Positions 53,569 through 64,000 of a DNA stretch of 64,000 nt are shown piece by piece. The DNA is from Raillietiella orientalis (Eukaryota). Numbering within the stretch: position 1 is the first letter of the stretch; each line of letters opens with the position of its first letter. The stretch lies in assembly GCA_036172245.1 (NCBI GenBank), contig JAYWIR010000015.1, positions 4,216,001 through 4,280,000 on the forward strand, in the 5' to 3' direction. The translations under genes were made by a program, and so were the position numbers. The notes under the pieces are model-generated. The model made no database searches, was not told where the DNA came from, and saw only the letters and a list, made by a program, of their open reading frames with translations.

Positions 53569-56500
53569 TCAAGGGAAAGAAAAATGGCGCCTATCCCCCA
53601 GTTTGCGAAGAATTTTATGCGAGAGCATGTAAATCAGGACGCACAGCAAGGCCAAGCATTCGGCGATAGTAAGCAGACTTCCACCGAATAAGAGCCCGAT
53701 GATGCCTCCAACTTTACCTGTAAAGCAATAGAAAATGGAGTTTGCACGCGGACCGATGAGGTGAATTACTTACTTAAAAAAATGAATATGTTAATCGTTT
53801 CATATCTGAAAACAAACACGTGATGATATGGGTATATCACGATGAGGTCGCCTATTTCCTTTCTGAAATATCAAATGCATTTAGCGTCTTGCTTTCGTTC
53901 TGAAATCCTGCTGAGGAAAACAGATATCCGATTTTGTCACACAGCGTCTTCGCGATGACTGCGACGGTGACCGCATTTGCAAATGTTCCATCCACACAAC
54001 AGTAAACACTTCATTGCGTAATCACACTCTCCGTCTAAAAAGGAACGTATTTCTGTTCTTCCCGGTGCTTTGCTGTTTGCCTTGATAGAAAACCTCTTCT
54101 TTCTCTTATCACTCTACAATTAGCTGCACCTACTATAGACAGTCTTTCCCTGTCTCATGACCTTACTATCTGCAATAGGATTAGGAACCCTTACAAGAGC
54201 TATGCAAATTGCCTTCGGCATCGCTAGTTCGAAAACGGACCAGTAAGAAAGGTACTCACTGTTCTGGGATGTTGTTGGTGCTTTTGAATCTTGTTACAAA
54301 ATCAGGAAGGAAGCTGCTTGCCTTCACTTTGGATTGAAAGCTGTTCCTTCGACACCGTTGCTTACAGAAGCCTAGAGCTCATAAGAAACGTGAGAGAAGC
54401 ACCCGTGTTTACCTTGCAAGTTCCAAAGCTCCGTCTCTTTCGTTCTCATCAGCTCAACGATTTCACTGGAATCGCAGGTCCTTTGGATGGGAGAAACTAC
54501 ACAGAAAAGAATGTAGCACGGCTTCGAGGAGTCGGATCTCAGTTTCCTGCTCAACAGGACTGAGGAAATCTGCACGAATTCTTAAGAAAAGAGGAGTCGA
54601 TGGCACTTCGTGCTGAAGACCGTTATAAGATGAAGGGTGGGTAAAGAACCTCGTCTTGGATGCTGGAGATGCGAACAGCTCCGGTGGAGGTTTCTGAAGG
54701 AAACTTCCTGGCCCTCGTCAGCTTGTCGATGGTGCAATGCGTACGCGCGCAAAGAGTACGGGTTCGCAGGAACGTGATCGATTCACTCTGTCGTGTTCGT
54801 GTTCCTCACAGACAGCCCTCGAAATCACGGAGCAACCAGTCACGCTTGGACCGCAAGAAACGAAAGCCGACCTCTGGGTACGTCCCTTACTTAGCTCAGG
54901 TACGAAGGCCGGGGTGCAGTTCACCGGGGAGAGAATCTCGGAAATACAGTGGCTGAGCTTCGTGCAGAACTTCATCGTGTACTTCACGTAATCGACAGCC
55001 CCGAAGTTGTCTGCGTCCTCAGATTTCCCCATGTCCATGCAGTTCCGGCGCTTTCCGACGAAGAAATTCGTTTTGAAGGAATGAAAATCCGCCTGAAAAG
55101 GGGTACAAAGGATCAATTCCCGGACGGAAGGAGGAGCGGATCTGCCCTGGGGAGCCCTCGACAGCCTCGCGCGCTTCCCGACTCGTTTGGAGATGGAGAA
55201 CGAGAAGGGAGAACGAGTGCTGATCCCCGATACGCCAAATACCTCAGGAACCGTCGCGCCTCTGGTGGCGACTCTTCAACGCTGTTCCAAACCACCTGAG
55301 GGTGCGTGTAATTCTTCAAGATGGAGGGCACCCCGGAAGGGGCACTCCCTATGAATCCAGGAAGGGTTCGGAGTCCGTTCCTCTCGCGCCTGGGGAGGGA
55401 TCCCCGGAATGGAGATCACCTCCATCCTGGTTGTCTCCGAAGAGAACCTCCTTCCTTATTCTCTCCGGAAGGACCCCCCAAGGGGTCTGCTTCATTTTTT
55501 CTTACCGTAGGGAATCCGCAAGGGAATCGTTCTCTGCCTTCTTTGAATAGAACCCCGAGGGGACGCTTCCGGAACTTCTCAGAAGGGCGCTGCCCGAAGG
55601 GAGCGGCGCGCTTCTTTGCTCCCTCTGGAGAGGTACCGCACCAGCTCTAGGGTACGAGAGGGAGGGTCCCCCCCGAAGAAGGGGTCCGCTCCTTTGAACA
55701 ACCGGAGGGGAACTACTCACTCCTTGATTCCTGGAAGCACCCGGAGGTCGACTCCCAATCCCAAACACTCATCGGTTTAACCGATACCGGGGCCACAGCC
55801 GAATGAATGCAGGCCGACCGTCATCATCTCGCGGGAGGAACTCGAACCCGCAATGCATCCCACATCTCTCGGCGTCGATTCTTTCCGAGTATTCGAACCC
55901 GCGACGCCTGGAGGTGCCACACACGGAGACCGCGACCACGTGGCCTCCCCTCAATACGCCGGAGAGCGCCAGAAAACTAGGGAGATCATCTGATCCATGA
56001 TCGCGGGATGGACCATCGATCTAGAGTGCCATCAGATTCGGAGGGCTGTCACGTGTCGTTTCTTCCCGTCAACGCCCTTGGTCACTCACTATCCCCTCCC
56101 CCTCCAGAATGATGAGAGAGGTGCAGCGGGCGCACAGCAATCCAGCCGCTCTTAGCAGTAGGTGGCGAACTTGGTTCGCGTTCTTTCAAAACCTGCCGCT
56201 CTGACAGTGCATGTCGCATCTCGATCATCCTGCTGCAGAGTCCAACGAATCGCAGAGAGGAACATATCGATCGCTTGGTACGGAGTGGGAGCACCGGGGC
56301 TTCATCAATGGGTAATGAAAAGGAAGCATACAATTAACGGCGGTTAGAAGTCCCGCCCCTATCCTCAGAAGCCTGGAAAATTCCGTGCTCTGGCAGCCCA
56401 GGCGGGAGTCCGGATGCGGGAGGGGAGAGACAGAGGCGGTTCCTCCCTCGAGGGGCTCGAGAACCCCACATCGGAGAAGTTCAGGAGCTGAGGAGAATGC

Positions 56501-59500
56501 CCCGAGGATGCACTCGGATCGAGGGGAAGCGAAGGACTGGAACCCCCGGGCCGCTCGCGGACCTATCTCCTCTAGAGGGACCGGCACCTCTGGAGGGAGC
56601 CGTCCGCGGCACCCGAAGAGAGTCTGAGAATCGAAGGTCCTTCGTGTTCTTCACGCGCTCCTCACAAGCAGGGAGATCTTCCCCCCGTGATTCCCACACG
56701 GCTTCCCATTCCTCCGAGGATCGTCCCTCCGAAGATGTCCTTGGCGGCTTCTCCCCCCTCCTCTTTCGGTGAGGCTGGGACTCCTTCCTCGAGCAGGCTG
56801 TTGGGCATTCGGCTCTTCCCCTCGGACGCCTCCGCCGCCACAGGTCAGCCCGCAGCGTTTGGCTCTTTGGAACGCTCCTGGAGACCGTTGCCTGCCGAGA
56901 CGATGAGGCACCCTGCGGTCATCCCTGCAACAAAGGGCGACTTCTCTCCTGGAGGTTTTAGCGCTTTCCACGCTTCCAGGAATCAAGGAGTGAGAGTTCC
57001 CCACCGGTTGTGCAAGTGAGAGGGGACCCTTTATTCCAGGGGAACCCTCCGTGTCGTGCTGATGGAGTAGGTGTGCCGCTACCTCTCAAGAGAGTGCAGA
57101 GAAGCGCGCCGCTCCCTTCGGGAAGACGCTCTTCTGAGAAATTCCGGAAGCGTCTCTTCGGGGTTCTATTCAGAGAACAAGGCAGGGAGCGGTTCCCTTG
57201 CGGATTCCCTCCGGAAAGGAAAAATGACGCAGACCACTTCGGGGGTCCTTCCGGAGAGAATAAGGATGACAACCAGGGTAGAGGTGATCTCCATTTAGGG
57301 GATCCCTTCCCAGGCGCGCTAGGAACGGACTCCGAGCCCTTCCTGGATTCATAGGGACGGCCCCTTCTGGGGTGCCCTCTATCTTGAAGAATTACACGCA
57401 CCCTCAGGTGGTGTGGAACAGCGTTGAAGAGCAACGAAAATAACGAAGACAGAAAAGAAGAATTCCCATCATCCCAGGTCAATGGTAACGACCTCCTCGC
57501 GGGGTCGCTACTGGCCTTTTAAATAAAAAAGGAAGAGTGGAAGCCTCATAGTAGTGTTGGCGGTAGCAGCCGAGGCAGGGAAGGAAGGAGGTCAAAGAAA
57601 GAAAAGCGTGTTTGGACGCTAGCTCGTATGCGACGGGATCCCAGCGCAGCCCCGGTTGGAGCTCCCTACTCTCTCCTCCCCACCCTTTTTCGTGGCATGG
57701 AGGCTCAGGGAGTAATGCAGGGTCTTCGATGAAGCTGCGGCTGCTTAGGCCGACTGTCAGCGAGCGCGCGCACAGGCCGTCTGTTGAGACTTCGGTAGGC
57801 ACGACCTTGAGATTCAGCATGCGGGCGTCGTCCTCCCTTTATCAGAGTGGTAGTCCATGAGCATCTGCAGTTCAGCGGTGACCGGATGAGGGGAGCCTTG
57901 CTGTCACGAGCAAAGGGCGATGACTTTCGTAGCAGGTGAGCGAACTTTCCGCGACTTCTAACCTTCCCTCCTTCCCAGGAAGGGAATAGGGCGATTCACC
58001 TGGACCTTCCTCAGGATGACTTCGACGGAGCTTCCGGGAAAAGCCTCGTAGTCGGTCATCTTCATCACTGGGAAGGCGCGGTCGCTGAGGATGTACACAG
58101 GGAAGACCTTGGTCTCCGCAAACATATGCAGCATATTGTGATCCAGAGCTGCAACACCACCATGGAGGGAGCTGCATCATCTCCCCAAGAGACGTGAATT
58201 ACCAGAGTTCTTCTCGAACATCAGGCGGATTCTCATGTACCTCAGCTTCATGAAGAAGTTCTTCAGCCTGCTGTCCATCGATGAGAAGCACTTGCCGTAG
58301 GGGGTGATCAGTGTGTAGTTGAAGAGCGTGCGGCAGCACGACGCTCCTGGAGAGGTGGGGTAGTCGTGGAAATCGCAGGAGTAGATTAAGTCCTCGCATC
58401 TGGAAGGACTCCGGTGAAAGAAACAACGGCCCGTCCTCGCTCCACCCGCTTCATCCAGGGCGGAAGCCTTCCCTATCCCGTGTGGAGGTTCAGAGTGCGA
58501 TGGCATGGACCGGACCGTTTCCCAGACCGCGCACCTCTCGAAGGGAGCGAAGAGGCACGGAGACCACGAGTGCGTGACCTGAGTCCTCTAAAGATGCAAG
58601 AGATGGGAGGGGGCTCTCACGTGGAACATAATGGAGGTTGGCGCTGGGGTTGGTCCAAGAGGAGCCAAGAGAACTTCGGAACACCGCGAAACGGGTTCTT
58701 CTAAAGAAAGAAAGCTCTTCCTCTCCAAGAGAAACCCTCGTCTGCTAGTGCTGGTGCCGAGCCATCCTTCCTTTGGCGGTGGCAATGATTGTCTCTCTTC
58801 CTCCCGCTCTGTCTTTGATCCTCGCTCTCGTTGCGTCTGCTGGCTGCTTCGGAGAAGCAGCTGCCTCGAGTCCACCTGCGTGTCCAGTTTCAGAGGCATC
58901 CTCCAGAGTCTGGACCGCCTGCACCGGGCCGATGTGTGCTGATCACTGGTCAAGGATACCTACATTTGCACGTCTTTTTCGTGTAAAGCGGAAGCCTGGA
59001 GAGCTCGGACCCAAGTCACTCCCCCCGAACTTCCGCTTCCCAAAGATCATTGACACTCAAAAGACTCGGAATGTCTGGAAGACGATCGCTACAAGCTCAG
59101 ACATCACGCGCCTCTGGCTGTGTCAACTTTGCATGCTAACACACCTGTATGTGTGTGCGTTGTATACGTATATTCGTGTATACACACATGGACACAATAG
59201 ACGTTTTGTGATATACAGTACTATCCTGCGTTCAATTGCTACTGTACAAGACCGTATACTTCGCCTTCCATGTCCACAAAGCAACGCAGATGTATATTCA
59301 TCTATACACGCATTCTGCCTTATAGAGAAACCACAGCACTGAACCGATTTCACTCAATGTCTGGAGCATGCAGCCGGGTAGGAATGCATCGGGTTGTTTC
59401 CCATGGGAAGTGTAGGGATTTTTTCCTATGATCCTTGAGTTCTTGTTCGCAAATAGGCATTCAGGAAGATGAAATTTTCAGCTCTGCAGAGTTTTCAATA

Positions 59501-62415
59501 CGCGAAATGCTTTGTTTAAAGTTTTGGGTTTCGAATGCTTATGCGGAATATCCAGCTTTTCGATCAATCAGGAAAATTCCGAGGATGGAAGTTGGCTCAG
59601 AAGTTGTGCTGCCTCTCCTTTGTCTTCGATTAGCGTGAACATCGCGCTGCGACTCCTAAGGAATGAACCCACACTGCATTTTTCAAGTAGAATTTAGAAT
59701 CAGGTTCTATATTTTTTTGCCAGAGGATTATCGAACTTCTGCATCAAACCCTTCCAGCGTGCAAATCCACTGTTCACGCTGCATATCCACGCTTGCCATT
59801 AGTCATTAGCCAATCACTTAGTTACTTTATAAGCAAGTAAATTGAGATCCTTTTGGTTCGTAATTGGACTTTTGAGGGTGCTCTTTTGCACATCGAGCAG
59901 TTATTGTATCGTTGGAAGGATCCGCTACTACCTCTATTCCCTGAGGATTTTATCACGAAAAAGCGAAAAAAGAAAACCGTCATCTTTAATACTTAGCGTT
60001 GAGTCGTGGACACTTGATTCATATGTGGTTGATAAAGCGCAGAAAAGTTCTCATCCACTACCAATGAATCAATCGGAAGTGACCAGTATTGCCACTGATT
60101 CCCATTCTGGGACCTCCACACTTTGCGCAATTTGCATTAATCTGGAATTGCCTGGGCCCATTTCCCACTTTTTAAAAAGGAACCGCATGGAAGATAGGCA
60201 GCGCAATGTACAGTCAGGTTGAGTACACCACACAAACAGTGCATATGTGCCCCGAGCACCACGCGCATTATGTTTGCGATCTCTTGGAAAGTTTTTGCCG
60301 TTAACCTCAGAGCATTGATGATTCACGGGTTGAGCCTTCCACTAATTCTAGAGATCGATTGCCTCCGTTTTGTTAGTCTCGTAAACAAATATCCTTCATG
60401 TTTGGAATCGACGATACGCACCACTGGGATTTTCTGCCTCATTTGCAATAGCAAGAATTTCATACAGAAGATAGTGGTTTGGGCTTCCCCTTGCCTTGAA
60501 CTTACCTGATGCTTAGATCCATGAATATTTCTTTACCCGTCATATTTTTATCCTCCATGAACTGTTGGTACCATTTCCGTAATTTCTCTTGCTTCTCTCT
60601 GTTCTTCATGAACTTTAACTGTATCCATGATCCCAAGCCAACAAAGGACAGATACGTTATCTGTTCATCCGTAAGCCCATAACCTATGATAAAATAAAAG
60701 GGTTCATTAGACTTCAGAAGTTCAGAGCTTCCCGGCTTCATGCTCAAAGTTGAAATCTGCATAAAGAAAGGAAAAAAAAAAAAACTAGATGAAAGTGAAC
60801 TTGAAAGAAAGATGAAATTTTCGTAGCGACATTGCTGTCCTTTTGCGATTCTGCCCGCGTCGGAGGTCACTTGGTTGCGGTCTACGCGCGCGGCACCTCC
60901 AGGCGTCGCGGGTTCGGGTTCCTCCCGCAAGATGACGCTAGTCGGCCTGCCTTCATCCGCCTGCGGCACCGGTAGCGGTTAAACCCGATGAGTGTCTGGG
61001 ATTGGGAGTCGACCTCCGGGTGCTTCCAGGAATCAAGGAGTGAGTAGTTCCCCTCCGGTTGTTCAAAGGAGCGGACCCCCCCCTTCGGGGGACCCTCCCT
61101 CGTACCATGGAGCTGGTGCGGTACCTCTCCAGAGGGAGCAAAGAAGCGCTCCGCTCCCTTCGGGCAGCGCCCTTCTGAGAAGTTCCGGAATCGTCCCTTC
61201 GGGGTTCTATTCAGAGAAGGCAGGGAGCGATTCCCTTGCGGATTCCCTCCGGAAAGAAGGGGGTCCTTCCGGAGAGAATAAGGAAGGAGGTTCTCTTCGG
61301 AGACAACCAGGATGGAGGTGATCTTCCTTCGAGGATTCCCTCCCCAAGAGTGAGAGGAACGGACTCCCTTCTCCGGTGCCGTACGTGGATTCATAAGGTG
61401 GTCTTCCCCCGGGGTACCCCCTACCTTGAAGAATTACACGCACCCTCGGGTGGTGTGGAACAGCGTTAAAGAGCTTCGTGAGCCCCCGACGGTTTTTGAA
61501 ATACTTGGCGAACCAAAAAAAAAGAAAACCCGAAAACAAAAAAAAAAAAAGTACAGCGAAGGCACAAAAAGAACCCAAAAGGATTTGCCATCATCCTGCT
61601 AAAGAGGAAAATTTTCCTCTTCTTATCCGTGCTCACATGGATCCTCTCGGTTCTACTGAAACATGAATGAAAACCTTCTCCACTGCATTTTTCCGTGAGC
61701 TCTCATGGAATTGAAAACGCCAATGATTTGACTGCGAAAGGAGATGATTATGAAAAGTAAAGAAAAATGTTCAGCATCCAGACAAAAACTTGTCTGCAAG
61801 AGTTCATAGAATTTCGAAAACGCAGACAGAAAGTCATGTAATTAATCATTATTTAATATAACCTTCAAATGACGAAAATGACGAATTCTATCTTAAAACC
61901 ATCACTGAAATCCGTCGCTAGGACTACAAGTGCCATTCTCGGATATTTCAATCTATCTCCGGGTCGTAAAGTGCTGGAGATCTAAGGACTCACTGTTCTT
62001 AATAATAATAATTGAAGCGGAGAGGGCTGCCTGTGCTTTGTTTTAGTTGAAAAGACGCTGTCGCTCATGAAAAGATTGTCTTTTCTCTTCTGGATCAATT
62101 CGGTTGGAAGGGAAGTGACTACTTATAAGACTTACGTTCAACTGCTTCGTTGCTGAGAGGTCCTGACGAACAGAGAATGATCCTGGGAAACTCCTCGTTT
62201 CCCTGCGTGATGGATGAAGCTCTCAAAAAGATTGGCAGCTGGAGAACATTGTGCATGATATATTGGTGTAGGTGGTAAGCACTTAAAAGCATCATTGTTG
62301 TAATAATGAAACTCCAGAGAATTTTCTTATATCTTTTTTTGCTCTCCAGGATGTGGCGTATTCCATGGACCCTGGTAGTCCTGAGAAAAACGAGTATGAT
62401 ATTCGAAACACGCAT
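53569..62415 (-). CDS. DEG/ENaC (pickpocket/ASIC-family) ion channel subunit, about 479 aa; exons 62415-62136, 60683-60506, 58399-58203, 58148-58000, 55092-54891, 54496-54413, 54371-54260, 53862-53774, 53717-53569
   Basis: All eight introns are GT-AG with matching phases, and the CDS sums to 1440 nt. Motifs: N-terminal TTRVHG, TM1 (ILWSFIIT), FPRIILC, CEDLIYSCDF...CC...TPYGKCFS, FPGSSVEV, Cys-rich thumb (YTMKFC...C...NCTP...C...CKQRC), TM2 SKVGGIIGLLFGGSLLTIAE. An extra upstream exon cannot be excluded. Confidence 0.93.
55230..55952 (-). mobile_element. SINE-like element copy 3 (full-length, doubled B-box head), in intron 4 of the DEG/ENaC gene
   Basis: Minus strand: A-box-like AGGCCACGTGGT, two B-box-like motifs (GGGTTCGAATA and GGGTTCGAGTTCC), and a hairpin-rich body close to 60860-61550. 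ATACGCC occurs at both ends (55230-55236 and 55954-55960). Confidence 0.85.
56972..57445 (+). mobile_element. SINE-like element copy 4 (5'-truncated), inverted relative to copy 3
   Basis: Reverse-complement match to about 55270-55740. Confidence 0.88.
59400..60480 (-). mobile_element. Decayed hAT transposase remnant in intron 2 of the DEG/ENaC gene
   Basis: AHMHCLCGVLNLTV resembles the hAT HC.AH.LNL.V motif; a downstream QWICTL resembles the TRW motif region. Confidence 0.45.
60860..61550 (+). mobile_element. SINE-like element copy 5 (single B-box head, A-rich tail), in intron 1 of the DEG/ENaC gene
   Basis: tRNA-like head (ggtcacttgg...gggttcgggttcc), body with cccttcggg and tctcttcggaga hairpins, ending ggcgaaccaaaaaaaaagaaaa. 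Confidence 0.88.
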
Positions 62416-63681
62416 GTGGCATTCAGCTGAGTAATAACGTTGGGAGAGTAGCCGTCAGAGATCCGTGGTCACGAACGAGTCTTCTCGCACTGCGTGATTT
62501 GGTCTGGAAATTGTGGCACGGGCACTTCGGATTACAACTCTCTGCGAAGATGCAGAACGGGCGAGTCGATCCGAAAGATTCAAAGTCCACCACAGTCATG
62601 CGCGTTCTGTCTCTCTCCTTCACGTCGGCTTCAGAGTTGAGGTGGCTCACAAAACCTGACCTCGAGAGCACTCGCTCCTGATGTACACCAGCTGGCAAGT
62701 CACAGGTCAACACTGATCCCACTCGTGAAGCAAATTCGTTCATGTCAGTTTTCATTCCGTGCTTCTGGTGACATTCGAATGCAAGACTCGTTTTATCCTC
62801 TTAATTCAGCATGCAGCCAAAGCTGAGGAAAGGCCGATCTGTAGCCGCAAATTGCTTCAAGGTTTCGGGGGATTTGTGAATTACACGATTCACAGTCCTC
62901 CTCACAGGTGAGAGAAAACCGTCACCTTTCAAATCAAACATGAAAGCCATTTTGCACTTTCGAGAAGCATAAATCGCTTCCAGAATGCATTCACATCGAA
63001 ATCGATTATTCGAGTACACGTGGATTTGAAAGCATTTGAAAGAACCATGAAGAGAAACACTCTGCATCATCCATTGTAAATGGCTACAATGTCTGCAAGG
63101 CAACACATCAAAACAGAGGATGGCTATCAGAGCATGCCATAACCGTGTCCGACAAATTTAAATGTAAATGTAAGATTGCCACATTAAAGTGAACGCCGAA
63201 AGAAACTGAAACTTTTGGTTGCTTTGGGGGTTTTCTTAATGTATTCCCACAGCATTGGTCGAGTAACTAAAACAAACTGCCATTACAGAGTCCAATATTT
63301 TATTTGTTACCATTTTACACTTAGTTGATGTCTCGCATAATACATTACTTTGTTTTCCAGAACTAAAAATCTACACGTGCTGCAGTGGAGAAACTGAAAT
63401 CCGAATGCAGCATGTATAATTTAAGTAACGATGAACGTTGGAACAAAGATAATTTTGGTTAGCACCTAAGATGTGTCAGGTAAGAAAACAATCACCTTGA
63501 ACGGAATCACACAATCTGTGCATGATCTTTCATTATTTGCCTTCATTAAAAATTCAAATACAGCATCAGTCATTTTTTTTTGTCTTTTTTTTTTAACTAT
63601 GCTTATTTCCATCAGGAATGCGAATATGTTTTTAAAAAAACTAAGGCAGTTACACATCATTTACAGCACTGTACATCATTT

Positions 63682-64000
63682 TCATGAAACAAACTGCAAA
63701 GACTGGAAAATTCGAGCATTGCGCCCTGCAACCATTAAAAACTCTTCATCTTGCAAATCTTGTACAGCATCTTCGAACATGTCTCGAGTAATCATCTGAA
63801 AAAACAAACTTAAGATTATAGCCTTGAAACAATTGACAAAGCTACCAGATCAGAGCTTTCTTTGAACTCTGCAAACAACTTTTGTAGATTGACAGTGGTA
63901 ATTTTTCCTTTCTTTTGAATCAACTGCTTAAGAGCTTGTGCTACTTCGTTACGACGTTTTCTGCTAGCACTGCTGATGCCTGTTGTCAAAATGGAGATAT
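63682..64000 (-). CDS. MCM4: DNA replication licensing factor MCM4, last two exons (64000-63846 partial; 63795-63682)
   Basis: (D)ISILTTGISSASRKRRNEVAQALKQLIQKKGKITTVNLQKLFAEFKESSDL|MITRDMFEDAVQDLQDEEFLMVAGRNARIFQSLQFVS* matches the MCM4 C-terminal winged-helix region. One 50-nt GT-AG intron. Confidence 0.95.

Noticed and set aside
55270..55770. Deltavirus/viroid-like rod structure, suggested by GC-rich self-complementary sequence
   Set aside because: Pairing is local hairpins rather than an end-to-end rod. No delta-antigen-like ORF and no recognisable HDV ribozyme.
60684..60969. N-terminal part of ORF 60502-60969, and the acceptor near 60757, as channel exon 2
   Set aside because: That acceptor is phase-incompatible with exon 1 and hits a stop. 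The acceptor at 60683 gives VERYGLTDEQ in frame.
60970..61010. Possible hammerhead ribozyme or retrozyme core (ccgatgag) in the SINE
   Set aside because: No CUGANGA with a correctly placed GAAA and supporting stems, and the motif is not conserved in copy 1.
1..64000. CRISPR arrays, rRNA genes, prokaryotic operons
   Set aside because: No regularly spaced repeats or rRNA motifs seen, and the genes have spliceosomal introns.

Overview
Eukaryotic, repeat-rich animal DNA, probably arthropod (inferred from gene content and many 41-54 nt GT-AG introns). Most ORF-track entries are spurious. By hand-splicing I support four protein-coding genes: an intronless ankyrin-repeat gene (+, 34787-35677), a complete 4-exon NTF2 gene (-, 43977-44517), a complete 9-exon DEG/ENaC (pickpocket/ASIC-family) channel gene (-, 53569-62415, about 479 aa) and the last two exons of MCM4 (-, 63682-64000). 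The rest is mostly decayed transposons: Tx1/L1-like LINE fragments, an EN-RT-RNase H LINE ghost, a Tigger/pogo transposase, and hAT, CR1 and Tc1 remnants. The most unusual signals are: (1) five copies of a roughly 700-nt SINE-like element with a doubled tRNA-like head and about ten short hairpins, many closed by c(UUCG)g loops; (2) a LINE family that ends in a GC palindrome rather than poly(A); (3) an excess of perfect short fold-back palindromes, one of which looks derived when compared with a paralog; (4) a Lys at the normally Asp/Asn outer-pore position of the DEG/ENaC channel. All family assignments come from recalled motifs; no database search was run.
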